Positions 52,933 to 64,000 of a stretch of DNA of 64,000 nucleotides are shown piece after piece. Every line of letters starts with the position of its first letter. The stretch's first letter is position 1. Source of the stretch: Camelus dromedarius (lineage: Eukaryota); contig NC_087438.1 in NCBI RefSeq assembly GCF_036321535.1, forward strand, positions 6,140,001 through 6,204,000. Reading direction: 5' to 3'. The position numbers and the translations under genes were made by a program. The notes below the pieces were generated by a model. It did not search any database, was not told where the DNA came from, and saw only the letters and a list, made by a program, of their open reading frames with translations.

Positions 52933-53029
52933 CTACATCAGTAAAACATTATGTTGACTACATGAATTCATATCAATTTTCTACTGTAAATGGAAAAAGG
53001 AGACATAAAAAAGAGGTCGGGTTGTATCA

Positions 53030-53315
53030 GACGATCTCCGTGTGAAGGCAGGGACATGGGGACAATGCCATGAGAAGCTGGAGGAATGGAGTGATGCACT
53101 TACAAACCAAGGAATGCCAAAGATTCCCAGAAAACCACCAAAGGCTAGGAGGAAGCAGAGAAGGATTTCCCTACAGGTTTCAGAGGGAATGTGTCCCTGC
53201 CAACACTCTAAATTCAGACTTCTAGCCTCCAAGACTCTGAGACAATAAATTTCTGTTGTTTTAAAGCCACCTAATTTGTTGTACTTTGTTATGGCAGCTG
53301 TGAGAAACCAATGCA
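53030..53315 (+). mobile_element. MLT1C-like LTR 3' part
   Basis: CAAGGAATGCCAAAGATT..GCTAGGAGG..CAGACTTCTAGCCTCC..GAGACAATAAATTTCTGTTGTTTTAAAGCCACC. Confidence 0.85.
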
Positions 53316-53639
53316 GTAGAGCATGAAAAATGAACCAAAGATATTGCCATTTTACATTGGTGTTCTTGGTTCAATTATTAATAACGTTCCTTAACTCTCA
53401 AAAGTGACCCAGTGTGGAAGAAAAATATTAAGAGTTCTGTTCTATACCTTGCATCTAGCCAGCTTCAACTCACCTTTAGTTCCAAGTGTTCCCCTTCTTA
53501 AGCATGTGAGTGGAAGGTAATGAGTTAAGAGATAAATTGGACTAAAGTGAACAGCATCCTAGTAGGAAGTGGTAGTTTAAAAAATCTCTGAGACAGGAAA
53601 GAAGCATAGACTATGCATACTTAAGTGGACAGGTAGGGA

Positions 53640-54270
53640 AACTGGTTGCTCCAATTCCTGGCTCAGTTAATCGGCTTGTGGTTGGCAAAGCATTCAAAAG
53701 ACACAGGAACAGTGAGGAGAAACTCAGATTAAAGAGAAGAGGATCCTGTGAGGTCCCATTTGTACAGCTTTCAGCTGAGGCCAGGATTCACTCAGAGCCA
53801 CACTGAGTGTCTAAAACCCAGACAGAAACAGAGGGTCTTACTGGCTTGAGAAATGAAAGGATGGAGTTCCCAGTGAACACGGAAGCTGGACAGAGAGGAG
53901 GAAGGAGTCCTGTTATTGAGGACATCACAGTGCGAGAGTCCCAGGTTCTGTGTGTAAACTGCCAGCATCTCTGGCTGAGTCTACCCACATGTGGTTCTAC
54001 GTGAAGACCAAGCTAAGTTCAGCTAAGGTTAAAAGAACAGAACGTAAATTTTAGCTACTGCCTATTTCTAAAAGGGAGACAGGGTGGGGAATTTGAGTTT
54101 AGTCAAAACAAAAAACAAAATCAACACTTTTGAGAGGAACATGTCATAATTCATAGTTTTAGGATGTCTCACTCATGATGCCTAAAATACAACCCAAAAT
54201 TACCAGACATACAAAGAAACAGACAAACTAAATGCATACTCAAGAGAAAGGGTTATCAGTGGAAACCTCT
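53640..54270 (+). mobile_element. Old L1M 5' region remnant
   Basis: AATACAACCCAAAATTACCAGACATACAAAGAAACAG..CAAGAGAAA. Confidence 0.55.
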
Positions 54271-55069
54271 TTCCCTGAAAGTTCAGCAAAAAATAAAAAG
54301 AAGCAATACACTCAGCTATGACCATGAGACCTCCTGGCATATAGCGGGTAGGCAGCACCTTCTGCTCCAGAGTGCCCACGATCGTCTCTTTTTATTTTCG
54401 CAGATCCACTGTTCAAGTGTCCTTACTTCAAGCCCTTATCAATTACATATTATCCTTTTTTAATTAGAGTGAAGGACAAGAATAGCCTGAGTAGGAAAGA
54501 GTGGAAAAGAGTAGGGAAGAGGAGGGAAAGCAGTTTTGTTTTCCTAGTTCGGTGAGTTTGTTTTCACTTTACTGGGCTTGAGGATGTCTTACATTTATGG
54601 GAGCTGCTGAGGGACAACTTCTGAGCTTTGGTGATCCCGCTGCTCATTCACTAAACTTTGTAGGCTGAGCAGAGAAGGTTACTGTGTCCCTGTCGATGAT
54701 TGTGCATTGCCTCCATTTACCTCTATGCCATGTTTTCTAGTTGCTTCATTAGTTTCCCTCATAAGAGCTTTAAAAGGGCTTTGGGGATCACCTAATCTAT
54801 TCTCATCTTTTAAGAATTAGTCCCAGAAAGCTCGACATATTTAAAAGTTTAAACAGCTGGTTAGTGTCAGTACTGGACTACAACGCCACATCCTAATCCC
54901 CAGCTCCGGCGTTCTCTGCACCTCAGAATCTTTGCACCAGTCAACTGCTTGATTAATTTATTAATTGTAATTTTGGTCACATGCATATTAGGCACAAAGG
55001 ATCATCCTGGGAGATGAAAGTGTGTTAGCGAAAGTGATTGAGCGGTCTCTGCCCTCAATCTGTACTTAC

Positions 55070-55202
55070 CATTTTGTCTTGGAGGTTATACATCTGCTGG
55101 CTTGGCGTTTTAATCAACTGATAAATACATTATTATAACTTTCACTTCTGGTAAAGGAATTCCATTTGTTGATTTTCCTCACACCCCTCTGCTCCTGTTT
55201 AT
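55070..55202 (-). ncRNA. Candidate exon B (133 nt), stops in all three frames
   Basis: Acceptor tttaacttcttacag| and consensus donor ATG|gtaagt. Confidence 0.35.
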
Positions 55203-56439
55203 CTGTAAGAAGTTAAATAATACTAGACATTGCAGGGAGCAAAATGGTACCTAGCTAACCTCCGCTGTGACTAGGGTTACTTCCAGGCATCACTCCCCTT
55301 CATTTATGCTGTATCTATTAATCATTCATTCATATGCCAACAGACCCATTAAAGACTGTTTGAAAGGATACAAGTTACACTCCATGGAATATTCTCTATT
55401 CCAGAGTCATTCAAACATCTTTTACTTGCTATCTTCCCACTGCTTTGTTCACTGCTGGGAACAAAGAAAACACCTGAACAAAATGGGTCATTACTTTTTA
55501 CTTTATTTCTTTTGGTAAAATTCATTGTGATATAATAGAAATTAGCTTTCCAAAAGTTGAAAATAAACATTTTGCATATTAACGTAAGGTTTTTTTGTTG
55601 CTTTTCATGACTGTTTGCCTTTTCTTTGTGGAAACTTGAATCATGATATTTGGCCTTCAGTAATTATGCTGTAACTATTAAAATTGAATTCAACCAAATT
55701 TCAAATGTAATACAGCACTAAAATCATGTGGTCATTCACTTGCTCTAAGCTGAACGAATACATAAGTGTGAGTGTTTATGTGTGCACGTGTGTAGGTTTG
55801 GCTACTTTATTACATCTGTGTTATCAAAAATGAAAAGTAGAATATTTTTAGAATGAACACGTGGATTACCATTTATGATGCACTAAGCTGTGATTAGTTC
55901 TCATTTACATGCTGTAAAGAAGCCTGTATCTTAATTTGCACTGTTGTGCTGTTCAATATTCAATATCCAAAATGTAAAAATTGGTTGGTCAACACTTTGA
56001 GACATTACTTATACCACACTCCAATTTACTTAACAAAGGAGTTTTGCTTAAAAAGTGTTACTAAATCTTCTAGTCCTTTAATCTGTGCATGTATTTATAT
56101 AACAACAGGAGGAAGGAATTCCTGTGCAGATTTAATCAACCTCTGAGAGTATTTTTCAGCTTCTCATCAAAGTCTCCTTGCCCCTGTGTTCTGAAAGTGA
56201 ATCATTATTTCTGATAAGATTAGACTTCTAGTCAAAAGAGCAGAATATGCCCAGAGAACTCTGCCCTCCCCTCAAAAATGGAAGCACAGACTCATGCACA
56301 CACAGACTTAAGTATAGATTAAAAATAAATAAAATTCAGATAATATATCTTTGGATATATCTACAGAGAGGAGCCAAATATTTAGGCCTCTAAATATTCT
56401 AGGATTAGAAGCAAGCAGTGGAGGCTCAAATTTAATTTA

Positions 56440-56862
56440 CTCAGAAAAACAGCCGTTGACCACAGCCCACTTGCTGCAGGAGACTGTAAGATGACTCCCT
56501 GTAGAAAGTGACACCTGAGTTCTTTTCTTACGAATAGAAGCCGAACATGCCCTTGGAATCCAACTGCCGTGCTGGAAGGAAGCCCAGTCTGTCCCACAGA
56601 GACCACAAGGATGGTGCACCTTCAGTGGAATTCAAGGCCCTGCTGAAAGCCAGCATCAAGCAGCCAACGTGTTGAGTGAACGAATCTTCATTTGAGTCTA
56701 ACCTCTGGTCTTCCACGTGAGGACCTGGATATCATGGGGCAGAGACCAGCTGTCCCTGGTGCTCCCTGTTGGAATTCCAGACCCACAGAATCTCCGATCG
56801 TAATCAATGTTTGCTTTACACTGATGAGTTTTAGGACATTTCTAAAACAGCTTTAGGAACCA
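56440..56862 (+). mobile_element. MLT1F/G/H-like LTR
   Basis: GCCCTTGGAATCCAACTGCCGTGCTGGAAGGAAGCCCA..AATTCCAGACCCACAGAATC. Confidence 0.7.
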
Positions 56863-58861
56863 TTCCCAATTTCTCTACTTACAATTCTTTACTGAATGTT
56901 GATGATTTTGGCCTCCAGAGTTTAGGATAAGAATATGATTTGTTAATTTCTCTCAGCATTTTCTTTTCATTAGAGAAAAACGCAAGTAGGTATACACCGT
57001 GCCTGCTCTGCCGACCTATGTCTTTTCTGTCTTTGGTCAATTGAATTTGCTATTTAACTTTATGTAAATGAACTGTACACACTTTCCATATCCAGGGCTC
57101 CTCAGGACATTTCTTCATTAAGATTCATTCTATCTCACAGGTGCAGGTGAGGTGGAGAGAGTGGGTTTTTTCCGCACCTCTTCCCCTTTTCTCCTCAAGT
57201 CCAAGATTTAATTAGACTGCTTTCTGTATAAGAAATTGACACTCATACACTTATGCTCCACCTCTATCCACACATCCGATTTTGTCTTCACAATAAGTAA
57301 AGTTTAAGACCAAGTCTAAGCAAATTCCACATCAACCAGAAATTAGAATGTATGTGGGAAGTGATCTCAAGTCCGAATACATAATCTTCATTTATTTGAA
57401 AGTTGGCTTTTATATAAATTCTAGCCATGTAAAGACATAGAACAGCCTGTTCTTTGGCTAGTCTTGTTTCTTTGAACAAACTGATACTTTTGGAGTCATC
57501 TAACATTCTTGTCACTATGCCCTTTTTCCCGAAGCCAGTGTTACCACTGCAGTCACCTAAGCGGCAACACAAATGCCAGTTACTGCAGTTACTTGTCCGC
57601 GGCTGCTCATGGCTGTGCCTCCTGAGAGTTTTCATTAGACTTGGATTTCTCGCTGATTCACTGGCGTCACGTATCATGTAGATTTGAAATCCTCACTTGT
57701 GCGGTCAAGTGTGTATTTTCATAAACTGTACGTGAGATGCAGACTTTCAGAGAAGACTTCAGGGGGTAAATTTCAGTGCTGAGCTGAAATTATAGCTCTT
57801 ATAGGTTCTGCTGAGGACACTTTAATTTCACTGTTTCATAATTTACCAGAAACAGTGATTTAAAATAAGATCTGGTTGAACACCTGGAGTGTCTAATCAG
57901 GGTGATGAAGATGGAGTGAGAGTCGAGATGCCCTTGGTGGTTTAACGAAACGGAGACATTTTATTTCCCAAAACGTTTCATGATAAGTTTTTTTTAACCC
58001 CCAACAGTGTCTTTTCTATTGTGAATAATTATGCTGTTATCTTCCACGTGGGTAGAAACATGCACTCTTCTCTTAAGTTACCCAGTTCAGAGTTATGAAG
58101 TTCTATCTTTTTGACAAGCAAACTAAACTTTTCTCCAAGCTTTTATATTTTTAGGTCGGTTTTCTGCTTTCTTTTTTTCTTTTTTTTTTAAATTAAACAT
58201 AAACCTGGAGACTTTAACTATCATGACTCCATGCCATCTCGTTTACAATAAGGTGGGACACTGTCCAGTACTAGTCACATCACTGGCAATTCAGTCCCAC
58301 GTGTCTGCAGTGAGCTGCATTAGAGCAAATCAACCTGCATGAGGTGTAAGTTCAAATTCCATGGAGTCAGAAATTCTTATGATTTCAACACATTGACTGG
58401 CAAGTTATTAAAGTGGAAACGATGAATGTTCTCTTATTAATTTATTTATTCAGTTTTTTTTTAATCTAGCTTTCAGGGAAGACCAAGTTTATAATAAGAT
58501 GAAATCCTTTTCATTCATAAAAAATAGAGCCCAAAAGAGAAAAAATTAGATGTTACCTAGAGAGAAAATAATCTAGGGGCTACAGCTGCCTGTGTCCTTT
58601 GTTCAGTTAACTCTGCTATTTTTCTAAACGCTGTAGTAGGGTTTGTTCTTGCGTCTAATACGATGGGCATCTATAATGTAAATGGGAGAGAGACCACCAT
58701 CGAGCTTGGGGAAAAGGTGATTCATGGCTGAATATGAAAGATGCCAAATTAAACACATTGTTTTAAAATCCAGCTTAAATTGTAAAAATCTTAAATTTTA
58801 AAATCTCTAAAATCAATTAAAATATACTTCCTAATTTTAAGAATTCAATGTTTACTTACTT

Positions 58862-59131
58862 CAAATGAACTTATTTACAAACCAGAAACAGACTCACAGA
58901 CACAGAAAACAAGCTCATGGTTAAACAAGTTTCTACTGTATAGCTCAGGGAACTATATTCAATATACTGTAGTAACCTATAATAAAAAAGAATATGAAAA
59001 AGGATATATTGCGTGTATATGTATGGCTGAAACATTATGCTGTACACCAGAAACTGACACAACATTGTAAACTGGCTATACTTCACATAAATGAATAAAT
59101 GAATAAATGAATGAATGAATGAATGAATGAA

Positions 59132-59198
<67 letters not shown>

Positions 59199-59208
59199 AC
59201 AAACAAAC
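58862..59208 (+). mobile_element. Short L1 3' end with (GAAT)n(AAAT)n microsatellite tail
   Basis: CAAATGAACTTATTTACAAACCAGAAACAGACTCACAGAC..GCTGTACACCAGAAACTGACACAACATTGTAAACT; tail 59087-59208. Confidence 0.9.
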
Positions 59209-61256
59209 ATTTTTTGAAAAGGAAAGAAAGCATTTTAATTCAGTCTCATTCATACAAGACTTCCATATTCTGGTAAGCATTGATTACATTTAAATGAAGC
59301 AATGCCTTTCTAGAAATGAGATGATTTCATGTTTGAAACTGGAAAGCACATGGTCAGTCCCCTTATAAGTTACTCACCTCACTTTACTGAAATCAAAAGA
59401 CATGAGGAAATGATCTTCCTTCTTTCCTCCTACACGCCCCAGGGGAAGCTGGCTGCCCCTCCCTGAATTAAACTGTCACTTTTTACCACTGTTATGGAGC
59501 TTATCAATGCCTCCCTGCTGTGCTTACATAAACACATAAAAAAGTATGAGCTTCAGCAGGGCAGAGTCTGTGATCATCTCGGATCCCAAACAGCCCCCGT
59601 GAGGACAACGCTTCCCAAGGTTGACTCTCCACAGGGTCCTCAGAATGTGAAGGGGTTCGTCCCAGGATCCTCACACGTGCTCTCATCCCCATCGCAGACT
59701 CCACAGGGCAAGAGCAGCCTACGAGCAGTTCCCTTGTATTTAAGAGATAAAATTCTTCCAGAACATGAGAAAATGCTATTTTTACTTGTCACAATATCCA
59801 GTTGTGCTCCACAGGTCTGTTCTCAGCTTTTCTGATAAAATACACTTGGTTCAGTCCACAGGCTGTTATTGATGGCATCTCTATTCCAGCACTCCTGGTT
59901 CTTTCTAAAATCCCAAACCCGCATCAATTGCAGCAAAGCTCCGTAAACTTGTGCATGACCCAGGAAGACAGGTGTCCTGACACAGCTCCTTCATGCAGCT
60001 GGAAGATTAGTCTTGTCTGTAGGGAACTAGAGAAAGAGTGAAGGCAGTTCCAAGTGTGGATCACGACAAATGGTGTCTGTTTTTCATGCAGCTCAGGGTA
60101 CTTTGTGCCCTTTGCCCGGCTGTACCTAGAAGGGGCTGCTTAGGGAACTGAGTGACACTGATTGCAGGGAGAAAGCCTGCGTGGACTCTCACACACAGGT
60201 GGCTACAAATACATGCTCAGGACACCCCATCCCCCAGGACACTGAATGCAAGAGTCCCAGTCCTGACTCTGCCCCGGTGAGATCTGTGACCGGACAGTCA
60301 CTTTGCACTCCTGCCTCAGCTTCCTCAAGGGTGGAATGAGGGGGGCTTGTAACTAAATTAGCTCCAAAGGCAAAGCAAGCTTTGGCACTTTGTTCTTTAA
60401 AAACGTTAGGGCCAAACACGGGCCATCTTCAGTTCCATCAGGTGCCCAGAAGCTTTATGACTGTAGAGGATGCACACTGTCTAGGGAGAGAGTTAAGGCA
60501 AGATGTGTGTAGCTGCAGCTCGTGGTTTCCTGTGATGGAGAAGCCTGTGGGTGGGCACAAATGGTGACATGACTGTGAGGAAGCAAGAGGCATAGGATAT
60601 CCCAGGATTTCTACTTTTCATCAAAGAATTTACAGAAGCCAAGCCTCATAGATTTCACTCTCACATCAGACAAAGGGAGGGGTGGGCCCCACAGCAGCAC
60701 AAGCTGGGGTATCACGTAGTTATTGGAATAGGATCGTGAATGCAATTTTAGACAGTTTTTTTTTTTTTTATGAAGAGAATGGTTTTTATTTCATTTAAAT
60801 GGTATTACCTTGAAATTCAGGAGAAAAATAATGTGACAAAAATCCAAGCATTATCAAAATACGTTTGTTGTATGTTTGGTCATTTGCAAGCAGAGAAACA
60901 GATTGGTTTTGCTATACGCGTCACTTTTTTATATTGATTATGAAAATTTTGTAACTATCGTTTGGAAGTAAGTTTTCTTTAAAGATACACATCCCTAAAG
61001 CCTACCAGGTGTAAAAAGTAAGCGTTAGCAGGTGTAAGATGCAAGTATTTTTTATAATATCCTCCTATGGTTTAATTACTGATGCAGCAGATTGTTACAA
61101 GGCACTTCCATGTTCAAGACACTCCTCTGTGAGGTGACTGAAGGATGTGGCGTTCCTTCTGAGGCATTACAGTCCGTGCGATGATGAGCACAAACAGCCA
61201 CAAGACATCGCAGAGAGAGATAAACACCAAGCAGGGCACTGGTGTATGTTGTTTAC

Positions 61257-61291
61257 CTTAAACATTAACTTTGTGGACCTTCTTCTTGAAT
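61257..61291 (-). ncRNA. Candidate exon A (35 nt) of putative minus-strand spliced transcript
   Basis: Acceptor ccttttctcttccatag| and donor AAG|gtaaac. Confidence 0.3.
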
Positions 61292-64000
61292 CTATGGAAG
61301 AGAAAAGGGTGGAGGATTTTGTTCCAAGTGCACCAACGAAGATGTAAACTGAAAGCACCCCAGGGCAGAGTTAGCAACTGAAAATGCAGGACGCCACCTC
61401 CTCCCAGTGCACCAAGCCCTTCTTACAACTCAGAGACGAGAATGGCCATTGTCTGGCCCTGTCAGGATCAGGAACCAGCGAAAGCTTTTGCTTTGAGTCA
61501 GAAGGAATAAATGGGAGTTATTTTAATGGAGCCAAAGGTTCTGAACATTTCAGACGGAGGAGAGCAGAAGCCAAGGGCATGCCCAACACAGTGCAAGGGA
61601 ACAGCACACTAACTGCTGTGCAAGGCACTGGGGGAGGGAGAGGGGCAAAGGGGCACAGGACAAAGGCAGCGTGTGTCAGCTCTGAACCCTCAGGGGAGCT
61701 GAGACACACAGATTTATTCCGTGGGAACTGAGAACCACTGGAAACATTTCAGCAAGCCAGTGATAAGTCACGTAGGTAGGTGACTGGGGACAGTAACTTG
61801 GAAGCATCTTGCCAACTGAGCCTGAAAAAAATTTAGCTGGAACTGGAATGAACTGGGAATTAGTGAGGGTAGAGGGTAAGAAACTCAACTGAGATTAAAC
61901 AGCAACTCAGCAATGAGCCACGTTTACATCTGAAAGTCTACCGCTCCTAACCACTCCAGCTCTAAAACCTGCCAATCCTAGTTGGAGAGATTGGGTTTGA
62001 CAAACATGTACCTTCCTTGCTGAAGCAAATAGGAAACTTGGTTTTATATACATATTTGTAGATGTTTCATGGTAACCTCTTCCTCTGACAAATGGATGTC
62101 CCACCAAATTCCTGTAAGAGCCTCTGTTGGTATCAGTGCAAGAAACCCGAAGTAACAGGGGAGCTGAGAGAACCCCTTGTTCCTTGACCCCAACTCTCTC
62201 ATAGGCCTTTTGAACTGCTGCTCATGAGCCTTTAAACAGTGATGTCAGAGCTGACATGTCTCCTTGAGCGTGTCCTGTTGAATTCATTTTGTTTTTCTAC
62301 TATTTGTTTAAAAAAAAACAGGTCTTTGAATAAAGGAATTTGCCCTTTTCTGGAAAGGTGCCGTGTTTGGTAAATAATGCCATAATTCATCTTCTGATTC
62401 TTCTACTGCTTGCTTCACTTTTATTTTTTGTTCCTCTTTCTGTACCAAGTCTTGTCTTACGTGTTTCCATTTTGCTCTGTATTATGTCTGTTGTGTGTAT
62501 ATGGGATTTCTCCACGAAAGGAGATGGAGAGATGGGCCAAATGAGCCTCCAATCAAGTGAATGCCATGGACCGATGTTTGGAGGTCTGCAAGAATAATAA
62601 CCATTTTGTGCAAAAGTCAGCGATGCTTGGGTCCCCTCTCCCCCTGCACCATCAACCAAGTCTGTGTGAAGACAGTCCTCGTCTTATCAAATCCTGAACA
62701 AGATGACTTTGCTAACTATATATTCTGAAGTGAGTCCACCAGGTTATGTATCATATGATTTTTTTTTCCCAGCCTGTATTCTTCAAAGACCCAAGACAGC
62801 ATTCATTAGCTTAGACTTTGAACAGCCTATAGCCTCATTCTTGTTTGTCATGAGATTTTCTTCATCAAAGCCGCAACTTTCTCCAACGGAAATAATCCTG
62901 TGGCTATCCTGATAACTGGCAATAGTTCAGTAAGGAAGACCTAAGATTGCAATAACCGTTATGGAGATGTTTTGATATAAAAAAGATACATTTAAGTGTA
63001 ACTCTAGAAAAGAGATACCAAGTGAAACATAGTATGGTCAGCTTTCTCTGATTGAATGCTGAAGCATCAACAACAACAAAAAGACTCCAGGACAGCCTCC
63101 CTTAAAGATCCTGTAGGGAAACCACGGAAAAAGTTCCCGGCCCCCCAAGCCTCTAAAACCTGTGCTCTTGTCTCTGTCGATATTCGGCTTTGTCTTAGCC
63201 GCTCACTAGTATCACTTCCCTTCTTTCTGCTCCTTCCCCTGACCTTTAAGTACCACATTTTCCTCCAGGTTTGCTGGGTTTTACTTTTAAATAGGAAAAA
63301 AAATTACATTGAACAATTTCCTCTTTAAATTTCTAGATCCATAGAAGATTAATTTAAACCGTCATTTAGAGATGAGGACTTAAAAAGTATCTCCCTAACT
63401 TTTTAAAGTGTTTATATCTGTTTTATGAAGGTAGAAATCAGTGACAGAATTCAGGATTTTGTTAGATAATTATTGTCCTGATCACCATTTCTGTAGCAAC
63501 CAGTTCCTTTTTATTCCTAGGCCCTTAGAAGGGGAAAATGGTTAAAAGCAACACTGTGGGAAATTCCAGGAGAGGATTTAAATAATCTAACTGTATATAA
63601 ATCAGAAAATGGCTTTAAGAGGGAATTAGAAAAAGAAATGTACTATCTAAGGCCATTTCTGAAGTATTTCCTTAGGCTCAGATTGGGCAAAGACTTAAAA
63701 TTACGAACAAAATTAAGATGAATCAAAATATAGGTGGATATCTTTTAAAATAAACCAGAAATAGCTCCAACAATATTCTGGGCTACATAAAGAGTTGAAT
63801 TAAAGAGAGGTTTGTTCCTGTTTAAAGGGGGCTCAGATATTAAAAAGAGGCTTAAAATGAAATTGAAGATTGCCAATTTAGAACATTTTGAATATTTGGA
63901 TGAATATCTTTAAAAGCCCTAGAAAGTATTTGCAAATCATTTGACAATATATTAGTATCCAGAATATGTAAGCACGACTAAAATTCAACAACAAAATGAT

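Noticed and set aside
58871..59280. ORFs with FIYL repeats
   Set aside because: Translation of the (TTTA)n/(TTCA)n L1 tail
61257..61291. Peptide SRRRSTKLMFK resembling the p53 C-terminus (KLMFK)
   Set aside because: Only five residues match and no other TP53 sequence is nearby

Overview
Mammalian, non-bacterial genomic DNA, most likely camelid (alpaca/llama/camel). That call rests on tRNA-derived SINEs starting GGGGAGGGTA(T/C)(A/G)GCTCAG and a young L1 3' end resembling the Vicugna L1 family. The window is intergenic or intronic and repeat-rich: old and young L1s (two with 5' inversions), L2/MIR, MaLR and ERV-L LTRs, an ERV-L integrase/dUTPase remnant, a 615-bp ERV1-type solo LTR with intact ends, a near full-length Charlie1 hAT transposon fossil, and micro/minisatellites. 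I recognise no protein-coding gene; the longer ORFs in the track are antisense L1, transposon debris or low-complexity sequence. The most notable non-routine signals are (1) a CpG-rich module at ~31.07-31.16 kb with two tandem CTCF motifs, a CRE and an AP-1 site, partly built from a MIR tail; (2) splice-site-bounded candidate exons on the minus strand (61.3 to 49.9 kb and 32.5 to 24.1 kb), suggesting an unannotated lncRNA or small-ORF transcript; (3) several repeat-free, motif-dense blocks that look like conserved enhancers. I found no convincing novel biological system. Repeat subfamily names come from recall of consensus sequences, not a database search.
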